Source of the DNA: Octopus vulgaris
Taxonomy: Eukaryota
DNA length: 64,000 nucleotides
NCBI GenBank assembly: GCA_951406725.2
Contig: OX597824.1
Coordinates: forward strand, 24,056,001 to 24,120,000
Direction: 5' to 3'
Position numbers and translations under genes: made by a program. Below, in pieces: positions 55,555 through 64,000 of the stretch (within the stretch, counting starts at the first letter, position 1; each line of letters starts with the position of its first letter). Below the pieces are notes generated by a model. That model searched no databases. It saw only the letters and a list, made by a program, of their open reading frames with translations, and was not told where the DNA came from.

Positions 55555-56028
55555 TACATTAAACAAACTGAAAAATCCAGCAGAAGATTTGATTTGGTTT
55601 TTCTCAAACGAGAAAAGCTTCGACCAAGATCAAAAAGTTTACAGAAGAAATGACAGGTGGTTATGTGCCGACCCTTCTGAAGTTCCATGTGTCATGTATA
55701 CAAAATTTCCTGCAACTGTCATGGTTTTAGGAGTTGTCAGCAATGAAGGACATGTGATGCCTCCTTACTTCTTTCCACAAATCCTTAGAGTTAACTCTTC
55801 CGCCTACATTGAGGTCCTGAAAATAATTGTTAAGCCCTGTTTAACAATTGTAACAGTGTATGCAATGGAGGGCCATATGTGTTTCGGTAAGACTCTGCAC
55901 AATCACACATGACTCTAGTAACACAGGACTGGATGGCTGAAAATTTTCATAATCACATAACCCCTAACATTTGACCTCCTAATTCCCCAGATCTCAATCC
56001 ATTGGACTATTACATGTGGAGCGTTATT

Positions 56029-56074
<46 letters not shown>

Positions 56075-56352
56075 AATGAACACGCCCATAACACCAAAGA
56101 TTCCTTGAAAGCTGCCATAGTCAGAGTAATGTCCAAAATGAACCAGGGCCATTTGATTCAAGCATGTAGACGATTTAGATCTCATATAGAAGCAGTTGTT
56201 GAAGCTGAAGGTGGCTTTATTGAATAACATTATAGAAAAGAAAGTTTATTTTTATCCTCATAACATTTTTTAATAAATATAGTTATTATCTGTTACTATA
56301 TATCTGTCATTTTATAAACATAAATCTGTCCTCAAATATTTTACACACCCTG
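55555..56352 (+). mobile_element. Tc1/mariner remnant, probably DD37D (maT) type, 3' half with right TIR
   Basis: WFFSNEKSFDQ..NDRWL..KFPATVMVLGVVS..DSAQSH..PPNSPDLNPLDYY..ACRRFR..EAVVEAEGGFIE; ends CACACCCTG-TA. Confidence 0.88.
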
Positions 56353-56918
56353 TATATATATATGTGTAAGATAGTGCGACTTATACAGAAGTAAAAACGG
56401 TATATATTCTTCTTCAAGACGCTATCAAGTTCCTAGGCTATACCTATAAAGATTAAGTGGTTTTATTGGATTAATTAATTAAGCTTGAGCAGAACAGGGT
56501 TTTCATTCGTCTGTAGGATACGTTTGTACTAGTACTGTTAATAATTATACATAGATTAGGAAGAGGGAGAGGGGGAGAGGTGGGGTTATGTGTGAGAAAG
56601 ACAGAGAGAGTGACAGAGAGACAAGGAGAGAGAAAGGGAAAAAGAAAGAAGGAAAGAGAAGGGCACAGGGTGAAAGACATGCACACACTAACACACACAC
56701 ACACATACACACACACGCCGCCTCTAAGTAGATAAACGCACACTCACACAGACACACAACCAACAAATATTTTTTTTCTCAATGAAATTTAGTTGTGATG
56801 TTCGTGTTACTGCGCGTATATATGTAAATGTGAATATGATACACGCATACATATACATATATGTGCGTGTGTGAGAGTGTATGTGTATGTGTATGGGCGA
56901 ATGTGTATGTGTACACAT

Positions 56919-56964
<46 letters not shown>

Positions 56965-57098
56965 CCATGCGTGTATGCATTCGCGCGTAATGCTTATATG
57001 TATAGAATGAAGCTTGTGTCATACATACAAACATACACACACACACAAACATACACACATATTCACGCATATACATATACCTTTATATTTTTCTACAT

Positions 57099-57132
<34 letters not shown>

Positions 57133-57516
57133 TATATATATATATATATATATATGTCTGTGTGTGTGGCCGTGTGTGTATGTGTATTTTTTTTTCATGT
57201 ACCACATATAGATGGTTATGTGCCATAGATTAAACACAGCAATAATTTATAATGTACTCTTTATCTGTGGTCTTTGATAAAGTAAATGATGTTAATAATT
57301 TTTTTTATTTTTCCGTTCATAAATTATCAATGGAGCTGTTTCATTATGAATTATCTATCTTTGCAGGTGAAAACAGCTGTTACTTGCTAAAACAGTAAAA
57401 AAAGATAACCTACCTACACACGTATTTAACGATTAAATAGAATCCGGTTCATGTTAGCCAGGGTGCTTAATTGATCTAATAGAAATATGCCGTTTAATTG
57501 ATCTAATAGAAATAGC

Positions 57517-57845
57517 AGCCAAATCTCACCTAAATCGCACCCCCCCCCAAATCACCTTCAAATCGCACCAGCCACCCTCAGTTTGCACCAGTCAAATCAT
57601 CTTCAGTTCGCATCAACCAAGCCATCCGCAATTCGCATCAGCAAAATCACCCGCATGTCGCACCAGCTAAATAATTGCAATTCGCACCAGCTAAATCGTC
57701 CTCAATTTGCACCAGCCAAATCTTCTTCAATGCGCATCAGCTAATCACCCTCAATTCGCACCAGCCAAATCTCCCTCGGTTAGCACCAGCCAAATCACCC
57801 TCAATTCGCACCAACCAAATCACTCTCGAATCGCACAAGCGACAT
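57517..57845 (+). repeat. Minisatellite with a unit of about 25 bp (CAATTCGCACCAGCCAAATCACCCT), about 13 degenerate units
   Basis: Directly visible periodic CGCACCAGCCAAATC. Confidence 0.9.
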
Positions 57846-57849
57846 CTCC

Positions 57850-57942
<93 letters not shown>

Positions 57943-58282
57943 CATACATACATACATACATACATACATACATACATACATACATACATACATACATAGG
58001 TGTGTGTATGTGTGTTATTACGCAGTTTCATTTCAAGATTTCTTGCCAATAGAGAACATGTGCAACAGTGGAAAGGTATGCCTTTCACTTGGCGAGATTG
58101 AAAAGGCGTCACATTTGCTCCATCTCGCAGCCAGTACAGCTGTGCATTATGCAATTGAATGTGCAAATCTTTGGCGGCACTCAAGAGTCATATAAGGGCC
58201 TCACATGGTATTATCAATGACTTATTTCAATGATTCTTTCTAGTAATAGCTTTTCTCGTATATCTATCTATCTATCTATCTT

Positions 58283-58350
<68 letters not shown>

Positions 58351-58370
58351 TTCACAGACACACATATATA

Positions 58371-58740
58371 TAGTAGTGGTTGTGTAGTAAGAAGCTTGCT
58401 TCTCAACCACATGGTTCCAGGTTCAGTCCCACTGCGTGGCACCTTAAGCAAGTGTTTTCTACTACAGACTCGGGCCGACCAAAGCTTTGTGAGTGGATTT
58501 GGTAGGCGGAAGCTGAAAGAAGCTCGTCGTATGTGTGTGTGTGTGTCAACCATGGCCTGACAACCGATGTTGGTGTGTTTACATCCCCGTAACCTAGCAG
58601 TTCGGCAAAACAGACCGATAGAATAAGTACTAGGCTTACAAACGATAAGTCCTGGATTCGACTTGATCGACTAAAGGCAGTGCTCCAGCAGGACCGCGGG
58701 CAAATGACTGAAACATGTAAAATAGTAAAAGAGTAAAAGA
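58371..58740 (+). mobile_element. SINE family B
   Basis: Collinear with other family B copies. Confidence 0.88.
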
Positions 58741-58997
58741 ATATATCGTTGCTATTATGTTAAACTATCGTATGTCCAAATTTGGCCAAATGCGTTGTTT
58801 TCAATATTTATTTTTCCTTACAATAGCTGGTTCTTTTGCTCAAACTATCGTATCTCCAGCTGCTTCGGATGCTAAGACATCAAAAATTATGAAATCGTAG
58901 TACAACGGTTTTGCTATGGAATGGTAAAACTATTTTTTCGTTTTCTGAAAAAACCAAATTTTTGGGACTTACGACACTTTTGTTTAATAGCAGCGAT

Positions 58998-59275
58998 ATT
59001 TTTCATTTTTCCCGAGCGTCAAACTAATACGCTTGCTTGTTAATGATACACCTGTCTTCGTATTTTGTTTTTCTATTCGCCATGTTGGACCGCTGAACTC
59101 TACAATTTGTTTTTCTTTTCATTCTCTCTCTATTTTCTCTTATTCCTTCCTGTTGAAGATCATAGGCTTGAAACGTAAAAGACTTTTTCATTTTTCCCGA
59201 GCGTCAAACTAATACATTTGCTTGTTATTCATACATCTGTTTTCGTCTTTCGCTTTTCTATAAACTTCAGCTATA
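58998..59275 (+). mobile_element. Diverged family D repeat with partial upstream direct repeat; hammerhead-like motif at 59146-59182
   Basis: CTGTTGA-A-GATC(ATAG)GCTT-GAAAC-GTA/AAAGA; TTTTTCATTTTTCCCGAGCGTCAAACTAATAC occurs at about 59000 and 59184. Confidence 0.7.
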
Positions 59276-59283
59276 TATATATG

Positions 59284-59475
59284 GGGGTTCCAGGTGATCG
59301 GATCAACGGAACAGCTTGCTCGTGAAATTAACGTGCAAGTGGCTGAGCACTCCACAAACACGTGTAGCCTTACCGTAGTTCTCGGGGGGATTCATCGTGA
59401 CACAGAGTGTGACAAGACTGGCCCTTTGAAATACAGGTACAACTCATTTTTACGAGCTGAGTGGACTGGAGCAAA

Positions 59476-59479
<4 letters not shown>
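59284..59479 (-). repeat. Probable SINE body fragment of a further family
   Basis: Minus strand TTGCTCCAGTCCACTCAGCT..AAATGAGT resembles conserved SINE central domains; single copy in this window. Confidence 0.35.
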
Positions 59480-59507
<28 letters not shown>

Positions 59508-59510
<3 letters not shown>

Positions 59511-59685
59511 AGAGTTTACGAAAAAACGAAAGACGAAAACAGGCGGTGTACAAAACAAACAGATATATTAGTATAACGCTCAGGAATAGAAAAAAGTATT
59601 TTACGTTTCGAGCCTACGCTCTTCTACAGAAAGGGACACAGAAAAAACAAGGAGAGAAAAAAATGTGTGTAGTGGCTAACGATCT

Positions 59686-59690
<5 letters not shown>
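59508..59690 (-). mobile_element. Family D repeat inside (TA)n, hammerhead-like motif at 59599-59632
   Basis: Reverse complement of 42057-42254; (TA)n on both sides. Confidence 0.78.
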
Positions 59691-59763
<73 letters not shown>

Positions 59764-59901
59764 AAGTTTAAATTATTTAAATAATTTTTTATTTTTTATT
59801 TTTTTATATTTTTTTAATTAATTTTATGTATTGGCTTATGTTTTTCACTGTTTGATTTGGCTAATAGTGGTTTTATCTCTAATTTAATATAATATAATAT
59901 A

Positions 59902-59961
<60 letters not shown>

Positions 59962-60191
59962 AAGAATGTGGTTTAGTATTTAGTATTTAGTGAATCATCA
60001 GACTGATTCAGCGTTCCAAACAATAGGGAACTCTTATTTATATCTGATAGAATTACTTTCAAGATGAAACTGAAGTCGTCAAGAACATGTCCTAAAGTAG
60101 TGATCCGGGACCATTTTCTCCTTTCAAAATGAGATAGATCTCTGTAACCGGCGTAAGGACAATAGGAAACTATTCCGTATCACAGATTTTC

Positions 60192-60640
60192 GCAGCATGG
60201 CTGTGTGGTGAAGAAGTTCGTTTGCAACCATGTGGCTTCGTGTTCAGTCCCACGACGCAGCGGCACCACATGGTTCCGGGTTCAGTCCCACTGCGTGGCA
60301 TCTTGGGCAAGTGTCTTCTACTATAGCCGCGGGCCGACCAAAGCCTTGTGAGTGAATTTGGTAGATGGAAACTGAAAGAAGTCCGTCGTATATATGTATA
60401 TATATATATATGCGTGTGTGTGTTTGTGTGTCTGTGTTTGTCCCCCTAGCATTGCTTGACAACCGATGCTGGTGTGTTCATGTCCCCGTTACTTAGCGGT
60501 TCGGTAAAAGAGACCGATAGAATAAGTACTGGGCTTGCAAAAGAATAAGTCCCGGGGTCGAGTTGCTCGATTAAAGGCGGTGCTCCAGCATGGCCGCAGT
60601 CAAAATAAAATGACTGAAACAAGTAAAAGAGTAAAAGAAT
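60192..60640 (+). mobile_element. SINE family B with duplicated or chimeric head
   Basis: Head 60192-60253 followed by a second CCACATGGTTCCGGGTTCAGTCCCAC at 60266 and a full body. Confidence 0.88.
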
Positions 60641-60654
60641 ATATATATATATAC

Positions 60655-60850
60655 TTACTCCAAACATGAACAAAGAGAAAACACAACAAGGCGAGGACGT
60701 GGAACAAGTATAGTGTTATTGGATGCTCAGGAAAGGAAAGAAAGAAGGAGGATTTAACGTTTCGAGGGGAGATCTTCGTCAGAAACATAGAAAAAGGAAA
60801 GGCCCAAGGAAGGGAAGACAGAGAAAGAAAATCGCCAACGATACACATGC
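60655..60850 (-). mobile_element. Family D-related repeat with canonical-core hammerhead motif at 60752-60786
   Basis: Minus strand GTTT-CTGACGA-A-GATCTCCCCTC-GAAAC-GTT/AAAT, followed by TCCTGAGC..TTGT..GTCCTCG as in family D. Confidence 0.65.
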
Positions 60851-60874
60851 AGTCACCCCCTCCCACACACACAC

Positions 60875-60955
<81 letters not shown>

Positions 60956-61121
60956 TACATATATATACATATATATATGCATACATACATACATACACAC
61001 ACACATACATAGATACATGTATACATACATATGTGTGTACTTTTATTATTTTTTTCTTATATATGAATATGTATATATGTATATTTGTATGTGTTTATAT
61101 GCGTGTGTATTTTGAGGTGAG

Positions 61122-61179
<58 letters not shown>

Positions 61180-61359
61180 TTAAAGTGTTAGTGTTATTTC
61201 ACAAATATCAAAATATGAAAATCTGTACCAAACAAAAAAGTGTTAACCGGTTTAGCTGTCCTTATATTTTAATATGTAGGTCATGTAAAAGCTAATTAAT
61301 GAAAAGTACAACGCAGTAATTAATGAATGAACTTATATTTGTTGTTGTTGTTGTTATTA

Positions 61360-61432
<73 letters not shown>

Positions 61433-61796
61433 CCATTGACAACAAGCTGCCTCGCAACATTTTTCTAACGGTACTTCACAGATGTATGGGAAAGAGTTGA
61501 TACCGATTACACTGTTTTAAAAGAAATTATGAATATATTAGAGAATTTATATTAATAATGAAATTTATAGAAAATGTCAATTGTTCTACTTTGTAGCGAC
61601 ATCAGTTCTTGAGCTTAATTAAGTACATAATGTCTTTTGTTTTGTTAATTACTGCTTCTTTTTTTTTTTTACTTTTACTTTTACTGGGTGGAAATGAATA
61701 TTTTAGTAATAATCATTTTCGTTTCCTTTGCGGTTTGTTTGTTTTTCAATTCTTTTTCTGCGTCTATATGTATATGTGTCTATATTCGTGTGTGTC

Positions 61797-61877
<81 letters not shown>

Positions 61878-61975
61878 TAATATCAAAGGGTAATTAGAAA
61901 TATTTGAAATTTCTATCACCAATGGCCTAACGTGTAAAAATTTAGTCAATAGACTATATATTATTCATATAAATA

Positions 61976-62192
61976 CAGTGTACATTTAAACACGTGAGAG
62001 GCATCCATCATAGGATCCATCATTTTCTTTAAAAAAATCTAAAACCATTGGTCCAGGAATTAGATGCTAAATGATTTTATTTTTCATTCCCTTCGAAATT
62101 TTATCCCTAAAAGTGGTTTGGAATTTAACTGTCCTCTCTAGCGTGCAAGGAATCCTATGATGGATGCATCTTGTACGTTTAAATGTACACTG
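61976..62192. mobile_element. Tc1-type MITE
   Basis: TA-CAGTGTACATTTAAAC..GCATCCATCATAGGAT / ATCCTATGATGGATGC..GTTTAAATGTACACTG-TA. Confidence 0.9.
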
Positions 62193-62194
62193 TA

Positions 62195-62273
<79 letters not shown>

Positions 62274-62301
62274 TTTATTTAAGTATATATTCTAGCAAAA
62301 A

Positions 62302-62339
62302 CTGTCCGACGAACGGCAACGTGAAACTCAGAGTAACAG
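62302..62339 (+). ncRNA. Compact type I hammerhead motif in a TA-flanked element (62272-62445)
   Basis: CTGT-CCGACGA-ACG(GCAA)CGT-GAAAC-TCAGA-GTA/ACAG; all three helices pair and helix II has a GNRA loop. Confidence 0.7.
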
Positions 62340-62477
62340 GTTTTGTTGAATTTTCTGCTGCTTTAAATAAAGTGTATTACTCTACCACTGGTACTTGAGT
62401 ACTCTTTTTTCCACCTTGTTTCACATTTATGTGTTTACTCCGGTATATATATATATATTTATATATATATTTACACA

Positions 62478-62705
62478 GAATCTAATGCTCTTAGCTTAGT
62501 TTTTCCTTGGGGCTGGCCAGATTGGATCAATCTCAAGGTTAATCAGCCGAAATTGCGAGGATGATCCGGTTCTTGACTGAAGATAAAAGGCTTCGAATGA
62601 CCTGTCCTTGCTTTCTTTGTATCGTCTATCTGGATGTTTTGTTGTCCCTTTTTGTATCACCTGGCTGTCCGGATGTTTTGCGCTCTTGTCCCATTTTGTA
62701 TTTTA
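62478..62705 (+). repeat. Family E repeat between TA tracts
   Basis: Longest family E copy. Confidence 0.75.
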
Positions 62706-62712
62706 ATTCATA

Positions 62713-62780
<68 letters not shown>

Positions 62781-63344
62781 TGTATATGTGTGTGTGTGTG
62801 CGCATATGTATGTATGTATGCATGTATGTATGTGTGCATGTATGTATGTTGAAGTTTGTCTTTATGTTCAGTTATAATAAAAACAATCTTACATCTGTCT
62901 GAAGGGTTACTTCATATTTTAGTAGAATACAAATTTATTAGTCTTAAACAAGAATATTTGTGACAGTGACTTCGAAGTTCCGATTTGAATTCTACCTCGG
63001 TATCTGAAGAAGTAAGAAACATTTATCATTTAATCGGTTCATGAGTTTGATAGAATCACTAGCGCATCTGAAAAACTGCTTTGTAGTATTTGTCCCGTCT
63101 CGGCTTTCATCTTCTCAGAATCGGTAAAATATGGTACCAGTCAAATACTGGGGTCGATGCTATTGATTAACTCCTTCCCTTCATAATTATTGTTTAATCG
63201 GAGAGAAAAATGCAGTGCCTTCCTTCGCACTTTTTGTTAAAGGTCTTCCATAATGGGTGGAATAACAGAAGGAAACTACCCAAAGAAAAGAAATACAATC
63301 CGAATGACCTGTCCCCCATTTTCTTTCCCTGCCTCTGATTTATG

Positions 63345-63796
63345 GGTGTGTAGATAAGAAGCTCAATTTGCAACGACGTGGTTCCGGGTTCAATCCTACT
63401 TCGTGGCATCTCGAGAATATATCTACTAATGCCGGGTCGTTCAACGACTTACGAGTGAATTCGGTGAAACACACACACACACATAGGGGTAGGTGTGACA
63501 CCTTGGGCAAGCGTTACCTACTGTAGCTTCGGGCCGACCAAAGCCTTGTGAAAAGATTTAGTAGGTGAAACTGAAAAAAGCCCGTCGTATATGTATGTGT
63601 GTGAGTCTGTCTATCTGTCTGCTTCTTCCCCACCACCGCTTGACAACCGGTATTGGTGTGTTTATGTCGCTGTAACTAAGCGTTTCAACAAAAGACAGAA
63701 ACCGATTGAATAAGTATCAAGCTTTAAAAAGGTACTGGGATCGATTCATTCGACTAAAAAATTCTCCATTCGAATGAGTGAAGCAAGTAAAAGATG

Positions 63797-63797
<1 letters not shown>
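63345..63797 (+). mobile_element. Diverged SINE family B with partial 5' duplication
   Basis: Family B head at 63345-63470, then body from CACCTTGGGCAAG to the CAAGTAAAAGA tail. Confidence 0.8.
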
Positions 63798-63861
<64 letters not shown>

Positions 63862-63918
63862 TTAGACATGGTCTGGACCAATCTTTGGTCGAAACATATC
63901 TAAGTTTATCTAAGTCTA

Positions 63919-63985
<67 letters not shown>

Positions 63986-64000
63986 GAAGACACCCAAGGC

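Noticed and set aside
57517-57845. CRISPR-like periodicity (also the arrays at 24249 and 51400)
   Set aside because: Contiguous degenerate units without unique spacers, no cas genes, eukaryotic DNA

Overview
Eukaryotic, AT-rich, microsatellite-saturated DNA containing one 100-N assembly gap. The repeat content and style suggest an invertebrate, probably an octopus or other coleoid cephalopod; this is an inference. Only one credible host gene is present: a single-coding-exon polypeptide GalNAc-transferase (GALNT10-like, 38853-40220, +). It stops before the ricin lectin domain and has RGAE in place of the canonical WGGE motif. The rest is simple repeats and transposon debris: three tRNA-type SINE families in many copies, RTE and CR1 LINE fragments (some nested), three Tc1/mariner remnants, a Helitron, a Helentron-like element and several fold-back MITEs. 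The most striking unexplained layer is about ten minimal type I hammerhead-ribozyme-like motifs. They come from at least five unrelated short (about 70-330 bp) non-coding repeat families that sit at or inside (TA)n tracts and often carry inverted arms ending near the ribozyme cleavage site. One family has a non-canonical CUGUNGA core. This looks like a system of Penelope-like or retrozyme-like non-autonomous ribozyme retroelements. Almost all ORFs in the supplied track are microsatellite artefacts. Coordinates were read by eye and repeat boundaries are approximate.
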